64,000 bases of DNA from Bacillota bacterium (GTDB lineage: Bacteria; Bacillota; Sulfobacillia; JBFLWA01). The stretch is from NCBI GenBank assembly GCA_040758135.1, contig JBFLWA010000004.1:76759-140758 (forward strand), read 5' to 3'. A program made the translations under genes and the position numbers. Below, one piece after another: positions 46,967 through 56,144 of this stretch. Position 1 is the first letter of the stretch. Each line of letters starts with the position of its first letter. The notes under the pieces are model-generated. The model saw only the letters and a list, made by a program, of their open reading frames with translations. It made no database searches and was not told where the DNA came from.

Positions 46967-47753
46967 CTATCCGGATAGCCTCAATGGTCTGCTCTCTAAC
47001 GGGTAATCTCGTAGCCCCATCAGGTAGGCGATGTCCGCCGTCGGGTCGATTACCGGTTCGATCTTCCCTGTCTTCGAGGTGAACAGGCTGGTCACTCCGG
47101 GCCCGTGACCGGCGATTACCGAATGCCGTGGATCACGATGCCAATGGACATGCCCCCTGCCAGTAAATGCGGCCAGATGAATGATCAGCATCAACAATAG
47201 CCACCAGGTCGCCCAGGCGCAGGTCCTCCAGGCCGTATTCGCGGACCACGCCCTCGTCAAAATAGTTAATATCGTAATCGCCCCGGTAGACGTTGTCCCG
47301 GCCCAGGCCGGAGCCCATCACCGCCGCCGGCACCGTGAGCCCGGATGAGGACCTTATCGCCGATAACTATCTTCTCCATAGTCTCCCGGTCGAAATCGAC
47401 CATCACCCGCTCGGCCCCGCCATGCTTGCCGGTGACCACACCCCGTGCCCCTTCGGCTTTGCCGGAGACCACAATGGCCTCATTGCCCAGGCAGGCCAGC
47501 ACGTTCAGGCCGCCGTTGGCGCCGCTGAAGCCGTCGCCTCCTTGTTCTTGATGCTCACCGCCGGCTCCACATGGTCGGCCTCCCAGTCCACCGCTGAGTC
47601 GCCCACCCGCATGTTGTAGGTAATCCCACCGGTCCCCACCAGCACCGCTAGATCGCCATCGGCGGTGACGTTGTAAGGGCTGTGACCAATCCCCGGGTGG
47701 GCCACTTCGCCTAGCACTGAAATCTCTATCAGACGTTCGATACTAGTCCGCAT
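46967..47753 (-). pseudogene. DUF4438-like gene broken by several frameshifts
   Basis: Four consecutive fragments in different frames (47505-47753, 47266-47502, 47133-47333, 46967-47260) read as one protein: ...HVEPAVSIKNKE / LACLGNEAIVVSGKAEGARGVVTGKHGGAERVMVDFD / GDYDINYFDEGVVREYGLEDLRLGDLVAI / GHGPGVTSLFTS. The family assignment is from recollection. Confidence 0.55.
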
Positions 47754-47913
47754 GCACTCTCCCCTCTCAGAGTCCTCTGCTTAAATCTTCTCAACCGAGT
47801 TCTTTTTTCCCTGCCAGCGCCGGCGCAGAAGTCACGACACCCCAGCGGGGCAGGGAAAGGCCGGGGCTGCTGCGAACTGCTTATGTGGTCTGTGCGAAAG
47901 GGAGTGGTAACAG

Positions 47914-48479
47914 ATGAGAATGCTAGCCATTAACGGCAGCGCTCGACGCGGCGGCAACACCGACCTGATCCTTCAGGAGATCCTGGCCGGCCAGCCGAGT
48001 TGGGCACCGAAACCGAAAAGGTCTATGTAGATGAGTTTGCCTTCGGTTCCTGTAAGGGCTGCCGCTACTGTAAGACTGAGGCCAACTGCATCTTGGATGA
48101 CGACTACCGCCATCTGTGGGAGAAGATCATCGCCGCCGATGGTATCGCTTTCGGCTCCCCAGTCTATATGGGGCAAGTTACCGGCCAGGCAAAACTAGCC
48201 CTCGATCGCCTCTACTTCCTGCGCCGCAGTGACCGGAGCTTAAAGCACGATGGCGGAAGCAAGAAAGGGGCAGTGATCATCGTCTGCGGCGCCGATGATC
48301 CCGAGCACCCGCAGCCTTCCGCCCGGACGCTGGATGTTTTCTTCCGTTACTTGCAGGTGCGGGAGGCCGAAAAGCTGGTGGTGACCGGCGTCGGCGGCCG
48401 GGGCGAGGTGGCTTACCGGCCCGAGGTACTGCAGCAGGCCCGGGCGGTAGGCCGGGAACTGGCGAGCCCAAGGAAATAG
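47914..48479 (+). pseudogene. NADPH-dependent FMN reductase / iron-sulfur flavoprotein-like gene with one frameshift
   Basis: The ATG at 47914 (AAGGGAGTGG RBS) gives MRMLAINGSARRGGNTDLILQEILAG, then runs into a stop. The homologous continuation AELGTETEKVYVDEF...GSPVYMGQVTG is in another frame (track ORF 48000-48479). The shift lies near 47987. Confidence 0.7.
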
Positions 48480-48615
48480 GCATCGGGTAGGGGGTGGATC
48501 TGTCCCGCCGTCCCTCCATGCCACCGGACACGTGGGTCGCATCCGGCGGTTCACCAATCCAGGAGACCTTCTCACAGACAGAGCGCCCGGCTGGCATCAC
48601 CCAGCACCTTGCGCA

Positions 48616-49056
48616 TCAGCGTGTCGCCCCTGAGAAGGCGGTAGCACATCTCATCGTACTGCTGCAGGAAATCGGCGTCTCCGTCCGGCTCCGTGCCCGA
48701 GCGGTTGCGGCGCTGTCCTCGAAGCAGATGGAGTCTGGAGCCAGCACAACCAGTCCCCGTCTGACCAGCGCCGGCCCAAAGTCCTGCCAGGAGTCGCCGA
48801 TCAGCCCGGCCACTTCGCTCTTACCGAGGTGCCGCTGGCCGGCATGCTAATGGTGCGCCAGAACAGACGCCCGCCGGTGGCAGCCCGCCGGCAGGAACGG
48901 GTAGGGTCGGATCTCGTCGGCTTCATCGCCCTGGTAGGAGATGACCTGACCTGTGAAAGCCATCCTGAACCTCCCGCTCCAGAACCTTGTAGCCGACCTA
49001 ACCTGAGTGGGTCTGAACCGTAGATAGTCCGCTATCTGAGTCCGCATATGCTCCAT
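48616..49056 (-). pseudogene. alpha/beta (dienelactone-hydrolase-like) hydrolase fragments
   Basis: Two out-of-frame pieces: ...VISYQGDEADEI...VLAHH (48847-49056) and ...GPALVRRGLVVLAPDSICFED (48616-48813). No catalytic C-terminal half follows. Confidence 0.4.
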
Positions 49057-49311
49057 CCTTCCCTCACTGGTACAAATCGGGTGAAAGGCAAGTTCGCCCC
49101 GCCGTCCTCTTCGGGATCTACCCCAATTATTCCTCCGTACACCGGGCTTCGGCTCCACTTGGAGCCTTACCTGGGTGCGCTAGCCTCCTGTTTGTTTCAT
49201 GTTCCTCGGGTCGGAAATCCGCCTCCGGCTTCCTTTGGCTTTCAGCGAGAGCTTTGACCCTATATCATCGCCCATGTCGAGCAAGAAGCGCGGGAAAACC
49301 CGTGTAGTAGT

Positions 49312-49398
49312 TTGTGAAAGTCTTCACAAATTATTGTTTACAGGCCCCTTTGAGACATGCTAGAATGCATTTAGGGTAGTTTGTGCACATCTTCATAA
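49312..49398 (+). promoter_or_regulatory. hydrogenase-operon promoter flanked by two Rex operators
   Basis: A perfect Rex box TTGTGAAAGTCTTCACAA lies at 49312-49329. The promoter is TTTACA (49337-49342), an 18-nt spacer, then TAGAAT (49361-49366). A second box, TTGTGCACATCTTCATAA (49381-49398), matches 12 of 14 positions. Confidence 0.75.
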
Positions 49399-49412
49399 AG
49401 GAGAGGAGTATC

Positions 49413-49661
49413 TTGACGGTAATCACGGTCTGCATCGGCAGTGGCTGCCACCTCAAAGGCGCTCACCGCATCATCGACCGCCTCAAGTCTCTCTTGCAGG
49501 AATATAGCCTGGCTGCCGCCGTCCGCCTCAAGGCCTCCTTCTGCCAGAACCACTGCACCCAGGGAGTGGTGGTCAGCTTTGATGACCGCCGCTACACCGG
49601 AGTTAGCCCAGAGAGCATCGATGCCCTGTTCGCCAGTGAGATTAGGAGGGGGTCGATGTGA
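49413..49661 (+). CDS. thioredoxin-like [2Fe-2S] ferredoxin (HfsA/NuoE-like small subunit)
   Basis: Four-Cys pattern CIGSGCH...FCQNHC. I prefer the TTG at 49413, with an AAGGAGAGGAG RBS, over the track start at 49383. Confidence 0.7.
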   Translation: MTVITVCIGSGCHLKGAHRIIDRLKSLLQEYSLAAAVRLKASFCQNHCTQGVVVSFDDRRYTGVSPESIDALFASEIRRGSM

Positions 49662-51343
49662 GCTGCGTCACCACCAACAAGGCCCGCTGCCAGGATTGCC
49701 ACCGCTGTATCCGCGTCTGCCCGGTAAAAGCTATCGGCCTGCGCCATGGGCAATGCTGGGTAGTGGCTGAGCGCTGCATCCTCTGCGGCGCGTGCTTGCG
49801 CGCCTGCCCGCAAAAGGCTAAGCTAGTGGCCAATGCCACCGATCGGGTGCGCCAGCTCATCGCCGCCGGGCGACCGGTGGTGGCTAGCTTGGCCCCCTCC
49901 TACCCCGCCGCCTGGTCCCGCCCGGGCCAGCTGGTGGCGGCCCTGCGCCGCCTGGGGTTCACCGCAGTGGAGGAGACGGCGGTGGCCGCTGCCCCGGTGG
50001 CCGAGACCTATCGCCAGCGTTTCGCGGCCAGCACCGCCCCGCTCATCTCGGCCTGCTGCCCGGTGGTGGTGGAGCTGATCGAATCGCGCTTTCCCTCGCT
50101 CATCCCCTACTTGGCCCCCTCGGCCTCGCCCATGGTCGCCCATGCCTCTGACCTGGCGCAGCGCCGCCCGGAGGCAGCGATGGTCTTCATCGGCCCCTGC
50201 ATCGCCAAGATGCAGGAGGCCCAGCGCACCAAGACCCAGGGCCGGGTCGCCGCGGTACTCACCTTTGACCAGCTGGCATCGTGGTTGGCTGAGGAGGGAA
50301 TCGACCCCGCGCAGCTGCCGGAGGAGCAGCCCGACCTGGTCGCTGGCCTCCTGGCTACCTTCCCCCTGACTCGGGGAATCCGTCAGGCCGCCGGCCTCTC
50401 CAGCCTCCCCTCGGCCCAGCTGATCAGTGTGGATGGGCTGGACGGCTGCCTAGAAACCCTCTCCGATCTGGCCTCCGGTGCCATCGCCCCGGGACCGGTC
50501 TTCTTCGAACTGCTGGCCTGCCGCGGCGGCTGTATCGGCGGCTCCGGCCTCTCCAGCCCGCTTGGGCTGGTCGCCCGCCACCAGGCGGTGGTGGCCCACG
50601 CCCGGGAGTGCCCGGCCCAGCCGTACCGCCCGGCCGAGGTGGCCGCTTGCTTCGCCGCCCAGACCATAGACGCACCCCAGCCCACCGATGAACAGATGCG
50701 AGAGATCCTCTCCCGCATCGGCAAACGGAGCCCGGCCGATGAGAAGAACTGCGGAGGCTGCGGCTACAGTACCTGCCGGGAGAAGGCAATCGCCGTCCAC
50801 CAGGGCCTGGCCGAACCGGAGATGTGCGTCCCCTATATGAAAGCCAAGTTTGAGACCCTGGCCCACGCTGTGGTTGACTCCAGCCTCAGCGGGGTAGTGA
50901 TTGTCAATGGTCAGATGGAGATTCAGGAGTTCAACCCGGCTGCCAACCGGATGTTCAACCCCGGCGGGCTTGACCCCAAAAACCATTCGCTGGGCACCTT
51001 CCTGGACCCGGCCGACTTCCAGCGGGTCTGGGAGCGCAAGGAGCGCATCGTGGCCAAGCGGGTGGTTTACCCCCACCACAACCTGGTTACCAGCCAGACG
51101 ATCTACCCGCTGGAGAACTACGGAATGGTGGTGGGCCTGATAACCGACATTACCGATCAGGAGAGCCGGGCCCAGGCCGAGGCCGAACTCCGGGAGAAGA
51201 CAGTGGAGAAAGCCACGGCGGTCATAAAGAACCAGATGCGGCTGGCCCAGGAGATCGCCGGCCTACTGGGCGAGGCTACCTCGGAGAGCAAAGCCACCCT
51301 GCTGGAGCTGGTCGCGCTCCTGACCAGCCGGGAGGAGGGTTGA
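49658..51343 (+). CDS. sensory-type [FeFe]-hydrogenase-like protein with C-terminal PAS domain (HydS/HfsB-like, group C)
   Basis: Two N-terminal 4Fe-4S motifs (CQDCHRCIRVCP, CILCGACLRACP). H-cluster motifs SACCP, GPCIAKMQE and ELLACRGGCIGG. An additional CGGCGYSTC...C motif, then a PAS-like segment (VVIVNGQMEIQEFNPAANRMF...GLITDITDQE). GTGA overlap with the upstream gene. Confidence 0.85.
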   Translation: MSCVTTNKARCQDCHRCIRVCPVKAIGLRHGQCWVVAERCILCGACLRACPQKAKLVANATDRVRQLIAAGRPVVASLAPSYPAAWSRPGQLVAALRRLGFTAVEETAVAAAPVAETYRQRFAASTAPLISACCPVVVELIESRFPSLIPYLAPSASPMVAHASDLAQRRPEAAMVFIGPCIAKMQEAQRTKTQGRVAAVLTFDQLASWLAEEGIDPAQLPEEQPDLVAGLLATFPLTRGIRQAAGLSSLPSAQLISVDGLDGCLETLSDLASGAIAPGPVFFELLACRGGCIGGSGLSSPLGLVARHQAVVAHARECPAQPYRPAEVAACFAAQTIDAPQPTDEQMREILSRIGKRSPADEKNCGGCGYSTCREKAIAVHQGLAEPEMCVPYMKAKFETLAHAVVDSSLSGVVIVNGQMEIQEFNPAANRMFNPGGLDPKNHSLGTFLDPADFQRVWERKERIVAKRVVYPHHNLVTSQTIYPLENYGMVVGLITDITDQESRAQAEAELREKTVEKATAVIKNQMRLAQEIAGLLGEATSESKATLLELVALLTSREEG

Positions 51344-51344
51344 G

Positions 51345-52490
51345 ATGCTTATCTCGGCCGATATTGCCTGCCGCCAGCTACCTAAGGAGGGTGAGGAGCT
51401 GTGCGGCGACGCGGTGGAAATCGTCCGCGACCGCCAGGGAGTGACAGTCATCCTCTCCGATGGTCTGGGGAGCGGGGTCAAGGCCAGCATCCTGGCGACC
51501 CTCACCGTAAAGGTCGCCGCCGGTCTGCTGCGCCGTCGGGTCGACCTCCACACCGTTCTCGAATCCGTCGCCGACACCCTGCCGGTCTGCCAGACCCGGG
51601 GGCTGGCCTACTCCACTCTCTCGATCCTGCGTCTGGAAGAGACCGGCCAGGCCAGCCTGGTGGAGATCGGCAACCCGGGGCTGCTCCTCTTCCGGGGCGG
51701 TCGACCAGTACCCGTCGAGCGCCGCACTTCCTGCATCATGGGGAAAGAGGTGGCCGAAGCTAAATTCGCTGTAGAGCCTGGCGATTGCCTGCTTCTGGTC
51801 TCTGACGGAGTGATCCACGCCGGGGTCGAGGCCCTGTTCGATCTGGGATTGGGCCCGGAGGGCCTCATCGAGCACCTCCCCGACCCCTGCCAGCCGGCCC
51901 GCACCGCCATCGAACTGGCCCGGATTATCATCGAGCTGGCCGAGGCTTGTTCCTGCGGGGCACCGCGCGACGACGCCACCGCCGTGGCAGTGAAGATCCG
52001 GGCACCGAGCCGGGTCACTGTCTGTACCGGGCCGCCCGTGCGCCCCGCCGATGACCGGCGGTTGATCCAGCGGCTCCTGGCCGATGTCGCCAGCCAGAAG
52101 GTGGTCTGCGGCGGCACCACCGGCCAGATCGTGGCCCGGGAGACCGGGCATGAGCTGACGGTGGAGCCTGAGTACGCCGACCCGGCCATCCCGCCCACCG
52201 CCGAAATCGAGGGCGTGGCCCTGGCCACCGAGGGAATCCTAACTCTCAACCGCTGTCTGACCATCCTCAGCCGGCCCGAGCCCGAGATCACCGGAGCCGA
52301 TGGCGCCTCACGCCTGGCCCGGATTCTGCTGGAGGCTGATGAGGTAACCTTCTTGGTGGGGCTGGCCCAAAACCCGGCCCACCGCGACTTGGAGACCCTG
52401 GCCCACCTATTGCCCAGAGACAAGAGCGTCGACCGCCTGCAGTCCATCCTCGAGGAGATGGGCAAGCGGGTGATGGTTGAATTCTTCTAG
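51345..52490 (+). CDS. PP2C/SpoIIE-family serine phosphatase
   Basis: EELCGDAVEIVRDRQGVTVILSDGLGSGVKASILA and LLLVSDGVIHAG match PP2C-type metal-binding motifs. The gene starts 2 nt after the HydS-like stop. Confidence 0.85.
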   Translation: MLISADIACRQLPKEGEELCGDAVEIVRDRQGVTVILSDGLGSGVKASILATLTVKVAAGLLRRRVDLHTVLESVADTLPVCQTRGLAYSTLSILRLEETGQASLVEIGNPGLLLFRGGRPVPVERRTSCIMGKEVAEAKFAVEPGDCLLLVSDGVIHAGVEALFDLGLGPEGLIEHLPDPCQPARTAIELARIIIELAEACSCGAPRDDATAVAVKIRAPSRVTVCTGPPVRPADDRRLIQRLLADVASQKVVCGGTTGQIVARETGHELTVEPEYADPAIPPTAEIEGVALATEGILTLNRCLTILSRPEPEITGADGASRLARILLEADEVTFLVGLAQNPAHRDLETLAHLLPRDKSVDRLQSILEEMGKRVMVEFF

Positions 52491-52507
52491 AGAGAGGTAC
52501 TGTTTAT

Positions 52508-52765
52508 ATGGAGAAGAAGCTTGTCGTAGAAGTCTGCGCCGGGACCACCTGTCACCTGATGGGCGCCTCCGACCTGTTGCTGGCCCTGAAGCGTCTCGAG
52601 CCGGGGCTACGGGAGCGAGTTCGCATCTCTTTCTGTGCCTGTCTCGGCGAGTGCTCCCACGGCCCCAACCTGCGGGTCAGCGGCAACCTCTACCACCGAG
52701 TCGACCCCGAGCTGCTGCCCCTGCTCCTTACTCGCCTACTGGACGAATTGGGGGATGAGCTGTGA
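52508..52765 (+). CDS. thioredoxin-like [2Fe-2S] ferredoxin, second copy
   Basis: 85-aa ORF with Cys pattern CAGTTCH...CACLGEC. Its stop overlaps the start of the next gene (GTGA). Confidence 0.7.
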   Translation: MEKKLVVEVCAGTTCHLMGASDLLLALKRLEPGLRERVRISFCACLGECSHGPNLRVSGNLYHRVDPELLPLLLTRLLDELGDEL

Positions 52766-54213
52766 AGCGCTACATCACCGAAATCACCCGGCTCAAGCGG
52801 CGGGCATACGCCGAGCTGGCCCGCATCGCCTTGGCCGGGAGGCTCACCGAGGAGATCGACTACCTCCCCCAGCGCTTGGTCAAGGACGGGATCACCATCA
52901 GCCGCTGCTGCGAGCATAAGGAGCGGGCCGTCATCACCGACCGGCTGCGGCTGGCCCTGGGCTTCGCGCCCGAAGAGTGTGGCGGCGAGCGGCTCTCCCA
53001 CACCGCCCGGCGGGCGCTGGCCAAGGGCACCCCGGCCGGCCCGGTCATCGAGGTGCTGGGCAGTGCCTGCGACCGGTGTCCCATAGATAAGATTGTAGTG
53101 ACTAACGCCTGTCGTAACTGCTCGGCCCACCATTGCCGGGCCGTCTGCCCCCGGGAAGCCATTGATATCATTGCCGGGCGGGCCTATGTTAACCAAGAGC
53201 GCTGCGTGGCCTGCGGCCAGTGTGCCGGGGCCTGCCCCTTCGGCGCGATCATCCCGGTGGAGCGCCCCTGCGAGGCGGCCTGCGCGGTGAAGGCCATCAC
53301 CCCCGATGTCAACCAGCGAGCCAGCATCAACCGAGACAAGTGCACCAACTGCGGCGCCTGCGTCGGCGCCTGCCCCTTCGGAGCCATTGGCGACCGCACC
53401 GCCCTGGTACAGGTGGCCGGCTGGCTGACCGGAGAGGCAGACAAGCGCCCCGTGGCCATGCTGGCCCCCAGTTTCGTCGGGCAGCTGGGCCCGGAGGTCT
53501 CACCGGGACAACTGGCCCAGGCTCTCATCGCCCTGGGCTTCGTGGCGGTGAGCGAGGTAGCGGCCGGGGCCGACCTGGTGGCAGCCCATGAGGCGGAGGA
53601 GTATGCCCGGAGGGTGCCGCAGGAGACCCCCTTCATGACCAGCTCTTGTTGCCCGGCCTTTGTCCATCTAGTGAAAAAGCACTTCCCCAGACTAGAGGTG
53701 CACCTCTCGCGCACCCTCTCGCCTGCTTTAGCCCTCGCGGCCGAGTTGCGCCAGGTGCAGCCCGGGCGCCCGCTGGTCTTCATCGGCCCCTGCCTGGCCA
53801 AAAAGGGTGAAGCTGCTGCCTCCGGGCTGGTAGACGCGGTCCTCACTTTCGAAGAGCTGGGGGCATTGCTGGTAGGCGGCGGGATCAATGCCGCGGCCCA
53901 GGCTAAGGTAGCACTGGGCAATGAGCCAAGCCCCGAAGCGCGGGGCTTCGGGGTAAGTGGCGGCGTTGCTCGGACCCTGGCCGAGCGGCTGGGAGGGTCT
54001 TACACCGCGGCCTGTGCCTCCGGGCTGGCCGATTGCCAGAAGAAGCTGCGCCTGGCGGCTGCCGGGCGCCTGGGCGCGGGCTTCCTGGAGGGGATGGCCT
54101 GCGCCGGTGGGTGCTGTTTCGGGCCGGGGGTGCTGGTGCCGGGAGAGGTTTCCGGGCCGGCCATGGAGAACTTTGCCGGTATCCCATCCGTCCATCGAGG
54201 TGAGACCGCATGA
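52762..54213 (+). CDS. [FeFe]-hydrogenase large-subunit-type protein (HfsD-like; catalytic or second sensor)
   Basis: Several 4Fe-4S motifs (CVACGQCAGACP, CTNCGACVGACP). H-cluster motifs TSSCCP, GPCLAKKGE and EGMACAGGCCFG. Confidence 0.85.
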   Translation: MKRYITEITRLKRRAYAELARIALAGRLTEEIDYLPQRLVKDGITISRCCEHKERAVITDRLRLALGFAPEECGGERLSHTARRALAKGTPAGPVIEVLGSACDRCPIDKIVVTNACRNCSAHHCRAVCPREAIDIIAGRAYVNQERCVACGQCAGACPFGAIIPVERPCEAACAVKAITPDVNQRASINRDKCTNCGACVGACPFGAIGDRTALVQVAGWLTGEADKRPVAMLAPSFVGQLGPEVSPGQLAQALIALGFVAVSEVAAGADLVAAHEAEEYARRVPQETPFMTSSCCPAFVHLVKKHFPRLEVHLSRTLSPALALAAELRQVQPGRPLVFIGPCLAKKGEAAASGLVDAVLTFEELGALLVGGGINAAAQAKVALGNEPSPEARGFGVSGGVARTLAERLGGSYTAACASGLADCQKKLRLAAAGRLGAGFLEGMACAGGCCFGPGVLVPGEVSGPAMENFAGIPSVHRGETA

Positions 54214-54869
54214 AGAAGAAGCCTGCCGCCGGCCAGACGGCAAAACCAGTTCCCCTGGCGGTGATCAAGCGCCTCCCCCTCTACTACGCCAGGTTGGCCA
54301 GCCTGGCCGAGGCCGGTATCCTGCGCGTCTCCTCCAGCCACCTAGCCCGGCTGGCCGGGGTGACCCCAGCCCAGCTGCGGCACGATCTCAGCCACTTCGG
54401 CTCCTTCGGCCAGCAAGGCTACGGCTACCGCACCCACGAGTTGCAGGCAGCCATCGGGCGCATCCTGGGGCTGGACCGTTCCACCCGGATGGTGCTGGTG
54501 GGGGCCGGCCACCTGGGCCGGGCCCTCGCCAACTACCAGGGTTTCAGGCGGAGACGTTTCTTCCTGCAGGCCATCTTCGACTCCGATCCGGCGCTGGTAG
54601 GCCAGGTTGTCGCCGACCTGACGGTGCAGGAGGCCTCCCAGCTCAGCGACTACCTGGGCCACCACCGGATCGAGATCGGCATCATCGCCGTCCCGGCCGA
54701 AGAGGCCCAGGCGGTGGCTGACCGGCTGGTAGCCGGCGGGGTCAAAGGAATCTGGAACTTCGCCCACCTGCGGCTAAGCGTGCCGGATGATGTCGTGGTC
54801 GAGCAGGTTAACCTCACCGATAGCCTGCTGACCCTGGCCTTCCGCCTGGAGGAAAGGAAAAAGGCCTAA
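54210..54869 (+). CDS. rex: redox-sensing transcriptional repressor Rex
   Basis: VIKRLPLYYARLASLAEAGILRVSSSHLARLAGVTPAQLRHDLSHFGSFGQQGYGY plus a Rossmann GAGHLG. ATGA overlap with the hydrogenase gene. Confidence 0.95.
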   Translation: MKKKPAAGQTAKPVPLAVIKRLPLYYARLASLAEAGILRVSSSHLARLAGVTPAQLRHDLSHFGSFGQQGYGYRTHELQAAIGRILGLDRSTRMVLVGAGHLGRALANYQGFRRRRFFLQAIFDSDPALVGQVVADLTVQEASQLSDYLGHHRIEIGIIAVPAEEAQAVADRLVAGGVKGIWNFAHLRLSVPDDVVVEQVNLTDSLLTLAFRLEERKKA

Positions 54870-55501
54870 CGCCAGCCCGGTAGCTCCCCCCAGAACCTGG
54901 CCAGGTAGCGGGCCGACCCCTGGAGCCGCAGCCTAACCCCAGGGGGCAGCGCCGCTCCATGGTAGTCAACCCCGTCGGCCAGCAGCTTTTCCAGGGGCAC
55001 GGGCTCAACGCCCAGGCCTTGGAAGACCCGGGCCTCGGTGAACAGCAGACCGGGCACCTCGGCGCTGGCCTGGGGATTGTCTACTAGCACCGCCTCGTAA
55101 ACTGCGTTGATGTAGTCGCGCTGGTAGGAGGCGCTGTCGTCGCGTCTCAGGGTCACCTGCTGTTGCCAAACAAGCAGCGGGGCTTGCTCGCCGTCAAGTG
55201 CCTCGTTGTCCAGTTCGACCCGGGAAGCTTCATCCTCGCCCCGACACCACAGGGTCCAGGGAGCGTGGACTGGGATGGCTCGGGCTCCGGTCTCCTCCAG
55301 TGCCTGGCGGCGCACCGCGCCGATCAGCGTCTCGCCTGGTTCCTGCCAGCCGCCGATACCGACCACAGGAATGATGGTTCCCTCGGGCCGAGTCTCCCAG
55401 TATTTCTGGTGGCCCAGCGCCCAGACCAGCCTTCCTTGGTACCATGCGAGTAGCCCGGTGCTAACACGTCCACCGGGGCCATAGCTCTGCAGATCCAGCA
55501 A
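54866..55501 (-). CDS. NUDIX-domain hydrolase
   Basis: Nudix box GGWQEPGETLIGAVRRQALEETG. Convergent with rex, with a 4-nt overlap. Confidence 0.7.
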   Translation of the reverse strand: MLDLQSYGPGGRVSTGLLAWYQGRLVWALGHQKYWETRPEGTIIPVVGIGGWQEPGETLIGAVRRQALEETGARAIPVHAPWTLWCRGEDEASRVELDNEALDGEQAPLLVWQQQVTLRRDDSASYQRDYINAVYEAVLVDNPQASAEVPGLLFTEARVFQGLGVEPVPLEKLLADGVDYHGAALPPGVRLRLQGSARYLARFWGELPGWR

Positions 55502-55655
55502 AGTGATTCCCCCAACGCTGTTCGAAGTGTTATCTATTTACTATGCGTTTAACGCGGACCTCATGATGACCTCCAGAGGTCGGAAGGTGAAGACGGCGGC
55601 CGGGACGAAGTCTCAGTTAGGATTATAGCGGCGCCCGACTGGCGTCGCGGCAGGA

Positions 55656-56143
55656 GTGATTATTATGCAAGGCCAGGCAGTAATGTGCCAGTGGATTCGG
55701 GCCACCCGCCAGGGTCTCTACGACTACCTGGGCGAACTCCCCGAGGCCGCCCTGACCAAGGCGGTAAGCGGGTTCGGCCACGGCACCATTGAGGATAGGC
55801 TGATGTACAATGCCAACACCTATAGATACTGGACCTCCCTCTGGAGGGGCCACAGCCCTTCGCTCCCTTCCCGGAGGGTGGCCCCAGTGACCTGAGCGAC
55901 ATCCAGCAGGCCTTCGCCGATGTGGACCAGCTGGTCGAGAGCTTCCTGCTGGAGACCACCGACCGCCATGACGCTCCCCGCACTATTGAGGTCAGTTGGC
56001 AGCCCGAGCCGCTGCGGTTGACGGCACGCTGGCTGATGACCCACATGACCACCCACGAGTTCCATCACAAAGGCCAGGTGGCAAGCATAGGGCGGATCCT
56101 GGGCTATCCACCGCCCGAAACCGATCTAGCCCTCCCCAGGTAA
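55656..56143 (+). pseudogene. DinB-superfamily protein split by one frameshift
   Basis: The N-terminal piece (55656-55895) and C-terminal piece (55922-56143, ...RWLMTHMTTHEFHHKGQVASIGRILGYPPPETD) are in different frames. The in-between sequence reads PFPEGGPSDLSDIQQAFADVDQLV in the second frame, placing the shift near 55850. Confidence 0.65.
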
Positions 56144-56144
56144 G

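Noticed and set aside
47800-47870. Hairpin CCCTGCC...GGCAGGG next to a T/A run between the DUF4438 remnant and the flavoprotein gene
   Set aside because: The loop is ~32 nt. The T-run precedes the stem on the plus strand rather than following it, and the run after the stem on the minus strand is A rather than T. It does not fit an intrinsic terminator on either strand.
49159-49311. Possible structured RNA upstream of the alpha/beta hydrolase remnant (minus strand, GGGGTAGATCCCGAAGAGGACGGCGGGGCG...)
   Set aside because: I could not identify a recognisable motif or a stable conserved-looking fold. The downstream gene is a pseudogene, so I did not pursue it.
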